Shown one piece after another: positions 26,099-36,181 of a stretch of 48,426 nucleotides of DNA. The notes under the pieces were generated by a model that made no database searches, was not told the origin of the DNA, and saw nothing but the letters and a program-made list of their open reading frames with translations. The stretch's first letter is position 1; every line of letters starts with the position of its first letter. The translations under genes were made by a program, and so were the position numbers. Source of the DNA: an uncultured Anaerolineales bacterium (lineage in GTDB: Bacteria > Chloroflexota > Anaerolineae > UBA4142 > SHND01); the NCBI GenBank assembly GCA_964644955.1, contig CAZXYP010000001.1, positions 5,187 through 53,612 on the forward strand. The letters are read 5' to 3'.

Positions 26099-27670
26099 AT
26101 GCCCAAAGCCATCTTATCCGTTCACGACAAAACAAATCTCATTCCCTTTGCGCGCGGGCTGCACGAATTGGGCTGGACGCTCATTGCAAGCGGCGGCACG
26201 GCGCGCGCGTTACGTGACAACGCGATTGCAGTGACCGAAGTCGCGGAATATACACAATCGCCTGAAATTCTGGGCGGACGCGTGAAAACATTGCATCCTG
26301 CAATTCACGGCGGCTTGCTCGCCCGCAGCACCGAGAGCGACCTTAAAGAATTACAGCAGTTGAATTGGGATTACATTGATTTGGTGGCAGTGAATTTGTA
26401 TCCGTTCGAGGAAACCATCGCGCAAGAAAATGCCACACTCGACGATGCGATTGAAAACATTGACATTGGCGGCGTGACGCTCATTCGCGCGGCGGCGAAA
26501 AATTTTCAACGCGTGACGCTCGTGTGTGACCCGAACGATTACGACAATGTGTTGAACGAATTGCGCGAGGGGGGGGTGAACGACGCGACGCGGAAAAAAT
26601 TGGCGGTGAAAGGGTTCGCGTTGACGAGTCATTACGACACAGCGATTCATTCGTTTCTCACAACATTCCAGTCTCCAGTCTCCAGTCTCCAGTCTCCCCT
26701 CCACCTCACCGCGTATCCCATCCAATCTCTCCGTTACGGCGAAAACCCGCACCAGCGCGCGACGTTGTATTCGTTCGCACCAAACGGCGGCGCATTGGGC
26801 GGACGCGTGTTGCAGGGCAAGGAATTGTCGTACAACAATTTGCTCGACCTCGACGCGGCGTGGCGCGGTGTGGTGAGTTTCGATGAAACGAGCATCGTCA
26901 TCGTGAAACATCTTTCGCCGTGCGGAATGGCGAGCGCGACAAACCTCACCCCTAACCCCTCTCCTACGAGGAAAGGGGAACTTGCGGAGGCGTTTGAACA
27001 CGCTCGCGCCTCGGACCCGATTTCGGCGTTCGGCGGCGTGATTGCGGCGAATCGCGCGTTTGATGCCGAAACCGCGAACGCGTTGGGCGAATTGTTTGTG
27101 GAATGTATTGCCGCACCCGCGTTCACGGACGAGGCGCGCGAAATTTTGGCGAAACGAAAAAATTTGCGGCTCGTCGAAATGCCCGATTTGGAGATTGAGC
27201 CGCGTTATGAATTGCGAACGATTACGCGCGGGCTTTTGCAACAGGATATAGATTTTGGCGACCCTGAAAACGCGGAATGGAAAGTGATTTCCAAACGCGC
27301 GCCGAATGATGACGAAATGCGCGCGTTGAAATTCGCGTGGAAAGCATGTCAGCACGTAAAATCGAACGCGATTGTGTTTGCGCGCAGTTTTGAAAATGGG
27401 GTTGCCACCGTCGGCATCGGCGGGGGACAGCCGAATCGCGTGGATTGTGTAAAAATTGCAGCAGAACGCGCAGGCGAAAAAGCGCGCGGCGCGGTGATGG
27501 CGAGCGACGCATTTTTCCCGTTTCCCGATTCAGTGGAAGTTGCCGCGCGCGCAGGCATCACCGCGATTGTTCATCCGGGCGGCAGCGTACGTGACGCGGA
27601 TTCCCTCGCCGTCGCGGATGCCAACAATATCGCGATGGTGGTGACGGGCGTGAGACATTTTAGACACTAG
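26099..27670 (+). CDS. purH: Bifunctional AICAR transformylase/IMP cyclohydrolase
   Basis: GRVKTLHP, IDIGGVTLIRAAAKN, LRYGENPHQ, KELSYNN, KSNAIV, ASDAFFPF, PGGSVRD, RHFRH. Confidence 0.97.
   Translation: MPKAILSVHDKTNLIPFARGLHELGWTLIASGGTARALRDNAIAVTEVAEYTQSPEILGGRVKTLHPAIHGGLLARSTESDLKELQQLNWDYIDLVAVNLYPFEETIAQENATLDDAIENIDIGGVTLIRAAAKNFQRVTLVCDPNDYDNVLNELREGGVNDATRKKLAVKGFALTSHYDTAIHSFLTTFQSPVSSLQSPLHLTAYPIQSLRYGENPHQRATLYSFAPNGGALGGRVLQGKELSYNNLLDLDAAWRGVVSFDETSIVIVKHLSPCGMASATNLTPNPSPTRKGELAEAFEHARASDPISAFGGVIAANRAFDAETANALGELFVECIAAPAFTDEAREILAKRKNLRLVEMPDLEIEPRYELRTITRGLLQQDIDFGDPENAEWKVISKRAPNDDEMRALKFAWKACQHVKSNAIVFARSFENGVATVGIGGGQPNRVDCVKIAAERAGEKARGAVMASDAFFPFPDSVEVAARAGITAIVHPGGSVRDADSLAVADANNIAMVVTGVRHFRH
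26669..26696 (+). repeat. (CAGTCTC)x4 in the purH inter-domain linker
   Basis: Four perfect units encoding [10 protein letters not shown] shortly before LRYGENPHQ. Confidence 0.92.
26945..26980 (+). repeat. 36-bp hairpin element in frame in purH
   Basis: CTCACCCCTAACCCCTCTCCTACGAGGAAAGGGGAA (LTPNPSPTRKGE); stem CCCCTCTCCT/AGGAAAGGGG. Confidence 0.8.
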
Positions 27671-27723
27671 TCGCCAGTCTCTAGTCTCTAGTCTTTTTGA
27701 CTCGACTAACGACGAACGACTCT
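27668..27723 (+). repeat. Reverse heptamer array x4 plus CGACnAA-type heptamers, purH-guaB junction
   Basis: tagtcgc cagtctc tagtctc tagtctt (27668-27695); cgactaa cgacgaa cgactct (27703-27723). Confidence 0.85.
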
Positions 27724-27729
27724 CAAAAT

Positions 27730-29214
27730 ATGAACGACCATATTTTTCAACAACTCGACGCGTTGACGTTTGACGATTTGCTGATTGTGCCGGGCTACAC
27801 CGAAGTGCTGCCCGACCAGACGAATGTGCAAACGCGTTTGACCGACACATTGTGTTTGAACATTCCGTTATTGTCCGCCGCGATGGATACCGTGACCGAA
27901 GCGCGCATGGCGATTGCGTTGGCGCGCGAAGGCGGAGTGGGAATTTTGCATCGCAATCTCTCGCCGCAAGCGCAAGCGGAGGAAGTGGAAAAGGTGAAAC
28001 GTTCGGAATCGGGAATGATTGTGGACCCGATTACGCTGCCGCCCGACGCGACATTGAACGAAGCTGAGGAATTGATGGCGCGTTATCGCATCAGCGGCGT
28101 ACCAATCACCGAAGCGGGAAATAAATTGGTTGGCATTTTGACGAATCGCGATACGCGTTTTGTCGAGCCATCCGATCTGTCGCGTCCCGTGAGTGATTTC
28201 ATGACGCGCGAAAAATTGATTACGAGTCACGTTGGCACGACGCTCGAACAAGCAAAAGCGATTTTGCAAAAATACCGCATCGAAAAATTGCCGCTCGTGG
28301 ATGAGGGGGGGGTGTTGAAGGGACTCATCACGGTCAAGGACATTCAAAAGAAACGCGATTATCCGCACGCGGCAGTAGATTCGCGCGGACGATTGCTCGC
28401 GGGCGCGGCAGTGGGCGTTGGCGCGGATTTGGAAACGCGCGTCGAGTTGTTGGTTGAAAAAGGTGTGGATGTGCTTGTCGTGGATACCGCGCACGGACAT
28501 TCGGCGGGCGTGGTCAATGCCATCAAACGCATCAAACAAAATTGGCGCGGCGTGCAAGTGATTGCGGGAAACGTGGTGACGGAAGAGGGCGTAAATCTTT
28601 TGCTCGACGCGGGCGCGGATATTTTAAAGGTGGGCGTCGGCGCGGGTTCGATTTGTACGACGCGCGTGATTTCGGGTGCGGGGATGCCGCAGATGACGGC
28701 GATTTGGGAATGTGCGCGGGCGGCGCATAAACGCGGCGCGACGATTATTGCGGACGGCGGAATTAAATACAGCGGCGATATTGTGAAAGCGATTGTGGCG
28801 GGCGCGGACGCGGTGATGCTCGGCAGTCTGCTTGCGGGTTTGGAAGAATCGCCGGGCGAACTCGTTTTGTACGAAGGGCGTCAATTCAAAATGTATCGCG
28901 GCATGGGTTCGCTCGGCGCGATGTCGAGTCGTTTCGCCGCCGACCGTTACGCGTCGGGACAAAACGGTTCGGGGAAACTCGTTCCCGAAGGCATCGAAGG
29001 AATGGTCCCGTATCGCGGGAGCGCACATGATTATTTGTATCAACTTGTCGGCGGCTTGCGTTCGGGGATGGGTTACGCGGGCGCGGCGACCTTACAAGAT
29101 TTGCACACGAAAACAAAATTGCGGCGCATCACGAACGCGGGGCTTATCGAATCGCATCCGCACGATGTGACGATTACGCGCGAGGCGCCGAATTATCAGA
29201 CGCGGACGGGGTAA
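27730..29214 (+). CDS. guaB: IMP dehydrogenase
   Basis: [17 protein letters not shown] pair, [40 protein letters not shown]. Confidence 0.97.
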   Translation: MNDHIFQQLDALTFDDLLIVPGYTEVLPDQTNVQTRLTDTLCLNIPLLSAAMDTVTEARMAIALAREGGVGILHRNLSPQAQAEEVEKVKRSESGMIVDPITLPPDATLNEAEELMARYRISGVPITEAGNKLVGILTNRDTRFVEPSDLSRPVSDFMTREKLITSHVGTTLEQAKAILQKYRIEKLPLVDEGGVLKGLITVKDIQKKRDYPHAAVDSRGRLLAGAAVGVGADLETRVELLVEKGVDVLVVDTAHGHSAGVVNAIKRIKQNWRGVQVIAGNVVTEEGVNLLLDAGADILKVGVGAGSICTTRVISGAGMPQMTAIWECARAAHKRGATIIADGGIKYSGDIVKAIVAGADAVMLGSLLAGLEESPGELVLYEGRQFKMYRGMGSLGAMSSRFAADRYASGQNGSGKLVPEGIEGMVPYRGSAHDYLYQLVGGLRSGMGYAGAATLQDLHTKTKLRRITNAGLIESHPHDVTITREAPNYQTRTG

Positions 29215-29479
29215 ATTTGAAGATGGCGCGCGCCGAATTATCAATCGCGGACGAATTGCGCTTCAGCGACCACATTGTTGCGCGCGCAAAAATCACTATT
29301 GCCTAAAACGCCATATACGCCCAATCAATCCGGAACTTGGCATTGCCTTGCGCGACGCGTTCCTCTCCCATTTTTCGAGCGCCTACGTGCGCGTGGCACA
29401 CCACCGGCGTTCATCTTCAGCGATAGTTAGCATAGACGAGACAGTCGCGTGTTTTCTCATGCAAATTTCTTGGGACATG

Positions 29480-30817
29480 CTATGTTGCGCGCAAACCGTA
29501 TGCTTTGCGGTACCCCAAATCCGTACTGAAACTGGCAAACGCTTTGACGTGCGCACGGCGCAGAGGGTGACGACGAAGAGTCCGCACGCCGCGAACTGCA
29601 ATTGAACGCGGCGAGTACAACCGGCGGCACAGCCAGTCATAGCCCTCGCGCAGCTGGTCTGCCGTCATCAAAGCGGGGTGGAACGTGACATGCGCCGTAT
29701 CATAGTGCCGCCACGGCACATCGGGGAGGAGGCGATTCTGGCGAATGAGCTCTTCGCGCTGCGGGGTGGCCGGAAAGGGTGTAAGCACCGTGGCGCTCAC
29801 GGAATCAAACTCGGTCTCACGCACAAAATTCCACGTGTCTTGAAAAACACTCGGCGTGTCGTGGTCAAACCCCGTGACAAACAATCCGACAACCGAAATC
29901 CCTTGCGCGTGAATCGCTTTGACCGCGCGCCGGTACTCTTCCACCTTGCCATGACTCTTGCCGCCCAAATCGCGACGATTCCCCGCATTGACCGACTCGA
30001 ACCCGATGAAAAATTTGTCGAGGTGTGCTTGGCGCGCCAGCTTGAGCAAGTCGGGGAATTGTGCCACCATCATTTCCGACTGCGCCGACCAGCTGTCAAG
30101 CGGCAGCTTGGCAAGCCGACGAAAGAGCTGTTCCATATATTCGGGATGCAGGCGAAAGTTCAAACCGAAATTATCGTCGGTGAGAAAAAAGCGCTTGAGC
30201 TTGCGGCGCTCGATCTCTTCAATGACATGGTCAATCGGACGGAGACGCATGATTTTGCCCGAAACGCGAATGGCAGTACAGAAACTACAGTTGCGCGGGC
30301 AGCCGCGCGTAATTTCCAACGAGGGCGTCCAATAGTTGCGGTGTTCGTCTGCCCATTGGATGACGCGGTCCGTAATTGGCGCGAGGTGGTCTAATGATTC
30401 CCATGTCTCGTCCACATAGCGCGGTTCGAGACGATTCGCTTCAAAATCGGAAATGATGCGCTGCCAGGTATGGTACGCCTCACCGACAACAACGGAATCC
30501 GACCACGCGCCGACATCCTCCGGAACCAGTGTCGAGTGAACACCGCCCACAACGACATGGCTGCCGCGTGCCTTGGCGCGCCCGGCGATTTCGCGTGCGC
30601 CGTCAATAGTGACCGTCATGCTGCTGATACCAACCAGTGTGTTGGGATTGAGACGCGCATAATCCAATGGACCGAGATTTTCATCCCAGATTTCGACGGG
30701 GATGTCGTCGGGGACCATCGAGGCGAGGCGCATCAAAGTATAAGGCGACCCGGCGGCTTTGCCCCAGATTGCGCCTTGATGGCGGGGCTGAATCAATACG
30801 ATACGTTCGTTATGCAT
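29480..30817 (-). CDS. B12-binding radical SAM protein
   Basis: VVVGGVHST..PE and VVVGEA cobalamin-binding domain; RGCPRNCSFC (CxxxCxxC); TDDNF; IGFES; AGGAGG SD before ATG 30817. Confidence 0.9.
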   Translation of the reverse strand: MHNERIVLIQPRHQGAIWGKAAGSPYTLMRLASMVPDDIPVEIWDENLGPLDYARLNPNTLVGISSMTVTIDGAREIAGRAKARGSHVVVGGVHSTLVPEDVGAWSDSVVVGEAYHTWQRIISDFEANRLEPRYVDETWESLDHLAPITDRVIQWADEHRNYWTPSLEITRGCPRNCSFCTAIRVSGKIMRLRPIDHVIEEIERRKLKRFFLTDDNFGLNFRLHPEYMEQLFRRLAKLPLDSWSAQSEMMVAQFPDLLKLARQAHLDKFFIGFESVNAGNRRDLGGKSHGKVEEYRRAVKAIHAQGISVVGLFVTGFDHDTPSVFQDTWNFVRETEFDSVSATVLTPFPATPQREELIRQNRLLPDVPWRHYDTAHVTFHPALMTADQLREGYDWLCRRLYSPRSIAVRGVRTLRRHPLRRAHVKAFASFSTDLGYRKAYGLRAT

Positions 30818-31205
30818 GAGAAATCCTCCTCGAGTCAATGGGAACGCGATTGTCCGGGTCTTGTACGCTGCGGCGAAGAAAGATCGAAATGGACTCGCTC
30901 GCCGCGTGCAACATGTATGCGGCGATGGAACAAGCGCGCTCTGTTTTATACAAAAAGAGACAAGCGCACCATGGGTGCGCGCAAAAATCGAACTCAAGGC
31001 GGACTCACTACGAGAGGAAATGTGCAAAATGCTGCACCGAGGAACGGACAATAAACAACCACAAATGTGCCAAGCATTCGATTACACTACCATACTCGTA
31101 TGGGGATGTCAATCTTTGGAAATCTTGGTCGCTCGTTCAACCATCACACACAGCCCGGCAAAAGTTGTCGTATAATCCATCTCGAAAAAAAACAAGGAGT
31201 GAAAT

Positions 31206-32054
31206 ATGGCAGTGCGAATTGTGCGCGGGGCGCTCGTCCAGACGACATGGACCGGTGATAAACAATCCATGCTTGACAAGCACGTTTCCTATATTGCCGA
31301 AGCAGCCAAACAGGGCGCGCAAGTGATGTGTTTTCAAGAACTGTTTTACGGTCCGTATTTTTGTCAGGTGCAAGATGCACAATACTATGGACTCACCGAA
31401 AGAATTCCCGACGGACCTACCGTCCGCTTGATGCAAGAGCTCGCGCGACAGCACGGCATGGTGTTGATTGTGCCAATGTACGAAGAAGAGCAGACGGGCA
31501 TTTATTACAACACTGCCGCGGTGATTGATGCGGACGGAAAATATCTCGGCAAGTATCGCAAGACGCACATTCCGCAGGTCAAGGGTTTTTGGGAGAAATT
31601 CTATTTTCGCCCCGGCAATCTCGGCTATCCCGTTTTTGAAACCGCCGTCGGCAAAGTGGGCGTCTATATTTGCTATGACCGACACTTTCCCGAAGGCGCG
31701 CGCATGTTGGGTCTGCACGGCGCGGAATTGGTATTTATTCCCTCTGCCACCTCGCGCGGACTTTCCATGCATTTGTGGGACATTGAGCAGCGCAGTCACG
31801 CGATTGCCAACGGCTATTTTGTTGGCACCATCAATCGCGTGGGTGTGGAATCCGAGTTTGGACCAAACGACTATTACGGTTCCTCGTACTTTTGCGACCC
31901 GCGCGGTTCGTACATTGGCGACAAGGCGAGCGACAAAGAGGAACAGCTCATCGTGCGCGATTTGAACATGGACCTGATTCAAGAGGTGCGGCAGACGTGG
32001 CAATTCTATCGCGACCGCCGTCCCGAATTGTACGGCGACCTCACCGCGTTGTGA
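31206..32054 (+). CDS. Nitrilase-superfamily amidase (beta-ureidopropionase/N-carbamoylputrescine amidase-like)
   Basis: E-K-C triad: FQELF, YRKTHIP, ICYDRHFPE; C-terminal FYRDRRPELY; AAGGAG SD. Confidence 0.9.
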   Translation: MAVRIVRGALVQTTWTGDKQSMLDKHVSYIAEAAKQGAQVMCFQELFYGPYFCQVQDAQYYGLTERIPDGPTVRLMQELARQHGMVLIVPMYEEEQTGIYYNTAAVIDADGKYLGKYRKTHIPQVKGFWEKFYFRPGNLGYPVFETAVGKVGVYICYDRHFPEGARMLGLHGAELVFIPSATSRGLSMHLWDIEQRSHAIANGYFVGTINRVGVESEFGPNDYYGSSYFCDPRGSYIGDKASDKEEQLIVRDLNMDLIQEVRQTWQFYRDRRPELYGDLTAL

Positions 32055-32080
32055 ATTGCATCCAGATCGTGTTTGATTTC

Positions 32081-33166
32081 ATGCGTTTTTTTCGTTCCCA
32101 ATGTAACCTCATCCGATATCTCATTGCCGGAAGCGCGGCGCTGGCGCTTGTGCTTGAAATGCCGGGAGCGCCGGTCAAGCCCGCGTACGCAGGCGACCCG
32201 CCCTGCACCACGCTTCCGGAAAACCTCTCTCGCAATGGCTCCATCACCGAAGGCGGCTATGAAACACCGCATGGCATCGTAGCCAATGGGTGGACGCCGT
32301 TTCGGATTGGCGGAGAATGGCCCGCGTTTCTGCTTCACGACGCGGAAAGCGCCAACGGCGATGTTCCCGGCTCGTCAGCGCAATTTGTGCACGCGAACGA
32401 TATTATGTTCGACGCTGGGATTTATCAGGAGATTACCGGCACACAGCCCGGCGCGTGGTACGAATTCAAAGTGGGTTGGGCGCGCGCATTACGCGACAGG
32501 CACAACGGACGGGTGAATCAAAGCATTGATAACGTCATCATGCGACAGGTGGGGGCGGACCCGTTTGGCGGAACCGAGCCCACTTCTCCCAATGTCATTT
32601 GGGGACCCGAATTTTGGCATGGTTCGCAGGGACTCAACGCTCCACAAATGCGCGTCACGTTCAAAGCGTTAAGCGAACGCGTTACCGTATTTGTGCGGAT
32701 TCGCAATGCCAACGACTCACCGAGCGACAAGATATTTCTCGACGTGATGTGTCTGCTGCCGCGCACCGACATTCCGCCCGAAACCCTTGTGCCAACGCCA
32801 ACCGCAACGCTTGTCGCAACCGAGCCGCCGCCCACGCGCGTTCCGGCGACGCGCGCGCTTGCAACTGCCACTCCACCCGCCGCGACGCCGATACCGCCAA
32901 CCCCCAAACCGGCGCAAGTCTGGACCGTTACCCCGCAAGCGGTTGCGCTTGAAGCGAGTCAACCCACGCGGCAGCCGCGCCGAAATGTTCCCCAAATAGA
33001 CGCGCGCTCCGGAGACGAAACAGATTCCCGATGGAGCGCATGGATCGAAAGCAGCGCGTTTCCGCTTGTCCTGTTACTCGGCTTCTCAGGTATCGTCACG
33101 GCAGCGTTGGTGGGAATTCTGCTGGTGGGATTTCTATTCCGGCAAATGGTTGTGCGGAGGCGATAG
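32081..33166 (+). CDS. Putative exported protein with Pro/Thr-rich linker and C-terminal membrane anchor
   Basis: Signal-like N-terminus (..PAYAG), beta-rich domain (AGIYQ, GADPFGG), PTPTAT stretch, terminal TM followed by RRR. Start uncertain. Confidence 0.65.
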   Translation: MRFFRSQCNLIRYLIAGSAALALVLEMPGAPVKPAYAGDPPCTTLPENLSRNGSITEGGYETPHGIVANGWTPFRIGGEWPAFLLHDAESANGDVPGSSAQFVHANDIMFDAGIYQEITGTQPGAWYEFKVGWARALRDRHNGRVNQSIDNVIMRQVGADPFGGTEPTSPNVIWGPEFWHGSQGLNAPQMRVTFKALSERVTVFVRIRNANDSPSDKIFLDVMCLLPRTDIPPETLVPTPTATLVATEPPPTRVPATRALATATPPAATPIPPTPKPAQVWTVTPQAVALEASQPTRQPRRNVPQIDARSGDETDSRWSAWIESSAFPLVLLLGFSGIVTAALVGILLVGFLFRQMVVRRR

Positions 33167-33397
33167 CTGACGCTCTTGCGGGCGCAGCACAGTGGCGAAC
33201 GGCGTTCGCGTTTTGCGCCACTTTGCTGCTGTGGCATAAATCACGCAAGCCATATCGGCAAGTCGGGGAAAGCGGCGTACCGAAAACCAAAGGCGGCGCA
33301 TCATTACAATGTGCCGCCTTTTATTTCATCAACACTTTATTCTGCCGATGAGAATTTTCACTCTCGCACAATCGGAAACACGTTCAGCATCCGATTT

Positions 33398-33679
33398 TCA
33401 ATCACCTGTCGTTTGCACATGAATACACCGCGCAACCAATTCATCCAGCGCCAATTCCGTCTCGTCAATGCGAATCACGAATGCGGGATATTTTTGCACA
33501 AGCAAAACGGATTGCCCCTGCACCAAGCCGTATGCCATCAAGCGTTCGCAGCTCGCGGTGTGTTCGCACTGCACACATGCGATTCGCGCGCGCTGTCCGG
33601 CGGATAAATCGGCGAGCGTGCGCGCGTTTGCTTCCTGTTCACGCGTCGCGTTTTTCTTTGGACGTTTTACGCTCCACAT
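33398..33679 (-). CDS. feoA: Ferrous iron transport protein A
   Basis: LADLSAGQRARI, RLMAYGLVQG, IRIDETELAL; downstream of feoB. Confidence 0.85.
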   Translation of the reverse strand: MWSVKRPKKNATREQEANARTLADLSAGQRARIACVQCEHTASCERLMAYGLVQGQSVLLVQKYPAFVIRIDETELALDELVARCIHVQTTGD

Positions 33680-33695
33680 TTTTGTTCGACCGCCG

Positions 33696-33932
33696 TCATT
33701 TCGAGCTGTTTTTGCGAGAAATCTCTATGCGCGAAACGAGACTTCTCACTCGGTTCGAAATGACATGCCCAACCTCAGCGACCAATTTTACTGACGACGA
33801 TTGCGAGGCGTCAATGTTTTGATAGCCGCAGCGCGGACAGCAGACAAAATGACACGCGCCGTTGAGCGGACAGGACGCGGGACACGACGGCACAGGTTGG
33901 TATTCAAAACCACACAACGCGCAGTGAATCAT
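33696..33932 (-). CDS. Small Cys-rich protein in the feo operon (78 aa)
   Basis: ATGA overlap with feoB stop; MIHCALCGFEY..CPASCPLNGACHFVCCPRCGY. Confidence 0.7.
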   Translation of the reverse strand: MIHCALCGFEYQPVPSCPASCPLNGACHFVCCPRCGYQNIDASQSSSVKLVAEVGHVISNRVRSLVSRIEISRKNSSK

Positions 33933-35896
33933 CCGAACCTCGTCAGTACCAGATTCAAGACGCCGCCGACAAAAAACGCGAACGGGACGACGAATGCCGT
34001 AATTGCCAACGCGGTTTTTGCGCCGCGCTCTTTGACCATGACAAAAAAGTTGGCGATGCACGGCACGAATAACGTTATCGTCACCAGCGCCACGACGATT
34101 TGTGCTTGCGTCAACATGCCTTCTTGCGCCATCTGAAAAAATCCTGCCGCGCCGTAATCGCGCCGCAAAAAGCCGACGAGAAATGCTTGCGTTGACTCGA
34201 TGGGCAAGCCGAGCCAATTCACAATCAACGGTTCCGCCGCGTGTTGAATCGTTGCCAGCGCGCCCGTCACATCCAGCGCAAACAACATCGCCGTGCCCAA
34301 AATAAACAATGGCAGCACTTCTTTGAGATACCATTCCAAACGCGCGAGCGTCTTGATGAAAATGTGCGAGAGCTGCGGCACGCGCATCGGCGGCAGTTCA
34401 ATCACAAATTCGGACGTGTCGCCGGGAATGACGCGCGCGGCAAGCCAGCCGACCGCGAGCAGTACGCCCGCGACCACGCCGAGCCACACAAACGTCGCGC
34501 CGAGACTGATGCCCGCCAACATGCCCAGCACCACGCCCAACTGCGCCGAACACGGCACGCCGAGCGCGAGCAGCAATGTCACAAGCACGCGATCTTTTTT
34601 GGTTTCGAGCGTGCGCGTCGTCATGGTCGCCATTGTGTCACAGCCGAGACCAAGCACCATCGGCAGCACCGCTTTGCCGTTCAATCCCATTGCCCGAAAC
34701 ACCCGATGCGCCATCACCGCGAGACGCGGCAAATAGCCCGAATCTTCCAAAATTCCGAACGCGATAAAAAATGTCGTGACGATGGGAAAAATAATCGCAA
34801 AGCCATACGTGAGCGCGACCGTGAAAATGCCGTACGGACCAATCAAGAATTCTTGGACGAGCGGAAACGGAATGAGGGTGGTTACGACAGTCGTGACAAA
34901 CGGATTGATGTATTCGCCAAAGATCGTCTCTTCGACGAAACCGACCAAGAGGTCCGCGCCCAAGACGCCGACGAATTCATATACCGCCAACAACACCGCC
35001 AGCAAAATCGGAATGCCCCACACGGGATGCACAGACCAACGTCCCAATTTGCTTGCGAACGACTCGCGCGCACAAGAGGCAGAATGGTTTGCGTACACCT
35101 CACGCATGATTTCGTCAATCCACTGTGCGCGCGCTTTTTGAATTTGCGTCGAAGGCGGTGTCACGGCGCGTGCCTGTAATGCATCGCGCACGCGACAACA
35201 CCCGGTGTAGGTTTCGGCATCAACGCGTCTCCGGACCCATTCGTCGTAGGCGGCATCGCCGTTCAAAAAATTCAACGCGACCCCGCGCGGGTGTGTACAG
35301 ACCGCGCGCAATTTTTCTTGCAGCGCGTCGAGCGCGCGCTCAATGTCCGCATCAAATTTGATTTGCGGTTGAATGGGTTGCGGGTGTTTGATTGCATGAA
35401 TGAGCGTGTCAAGCCCTTCATGTTTTGTCGCAGACGTTGCCAAAACCGGCACACCGATTTGCGCGGACAATTTTTCCGCGTCCACGTCAATGTGCCGCGC
35501 GCGCGCTTCGTCCATCATGTTCAACACGAGCACCAGCGGGACTTGCATGTCTGCCAACTGTGAAGTGATTAACAAGGCGCGGCGCAGATTTTTCGCGTCC
35601 GCGACCTGCACGACCACCGCCGGGTCGGCATGGAGCAAAACATCGCGCGTGACGCGTTCGTCGTCCGAAAGGGGCTGCAAGGAATTGACGCCGGGCGTAT
35701 CCACCACGACGCGGTGACTGTCGCGTGTCGCGATGCCGCGCGTGATTTCAACCGTCGTGCCGGGATAGTTCGCGACGGTCACATATTTGCCCGTGAGCCA
35801 GCCGAACAAAACCGACTTGCCGACATTGTGATTGCCGACCAGAATGATTTCGCCATTGTTTGACGGGAGCGGTTCACCCGCAGCATGACAGTCCAT
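33929..35896 (-). CDS. feoB: Ferrous iron transporter B
   Basis: GNHNVGKS, NYPGTTVE, DTPG, NMMDE, LEDSGYLPRLA, GLGC, VPCSAQL, ELPP, LFVPCIA. Confidence 0.96.
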   Translation of the reverse strand: MDCHAAGEPLPSNNGEIILVGNHNVGKSVLFGWLTGKYVTVANYPGTTVEITRGIATRDSHRVVVDTPGVNSLQPLSDDERVTRDVLLHADPAVVVQVADAKNLRRALLITSQLADMQVPLVLVLNMMDEARARHIDVDAEKLSAQIGVPVLATSATKHEGLDTLIHAIKHPQPIQPQIKFDADIERALDALQEKLRAVCTHPRGVALNFLNGDAAYDEWVRRRVDAETYTGCCRVRDALQARAVTPPSTQIQKARAQWIDEIMREVYANHSASCARESFASKLGRWSVHPVWGIPILLAVLLAVYEFVGVLGADLLVGFVEETIFGEYINPFVTTVVTTLIPFPLVQEFLIGPYGIFTVALTYGFAIIFPIVTTFFIAFGILEDSGYLPRLAVMAHRVFRAMGLNGKAVLPMVLGLGCDTMATMTTRTLETKKDRVLVTLLLALGVPCSAQLGVVLGMLAGISLGATFVWLGVVAGVLLAVGWLAARVIPGDTSEFVIELPPMRVPQLSHIFIKTLARLEWYLKEVLPLFILGTAMLFALDVTGALATIQHAAEPLIVNWLGLPIESTQAFLVGFLRRDYGAAGFFQMAQEGMLTQAQIVVALVTITLFVPCIANFFVMVKERGAKTALAITAFVVPFAFFVGGVLNLVLTRFG

Positions 35897-36181
35897 ACAG
35901 CCACAGCATACGCTTTGCTTGCGCGAAAGGATACAGCGAACTGTCCCGAGAAAAAAAGGACAGTTGCCCGTCCGAATTTTTATGCCTTTTTAATGTATGC
36001 GCCACGCGGAGAGCGGCAAGAAAACCCGAACGGTCTGTCCCTTGAATCGAATCGGAAGCTGCTCGAGTGCATTTGGTTTTGCGTACGCAGGGACATGCGC
36101 GCGGCGTCCGGCGTTTGATGCCGCGTGGAATGCGGGGATAAAAATGACGTTCGAGCAGGCGGTGAGGTTGGGTTTGACCCA

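Noticed and set aside
15258-27723. Heptamer arrays as a CRISPR array
   Set aside because: Units are 7 nt and contiguous with no spacers; no cas genes in the window.
26569-28312. G8 tracts in purH and guaB as phase-variation sites
   Set aside because: Short, explained by Glu-Gly-Gly-Val codons in housekeeping genes.
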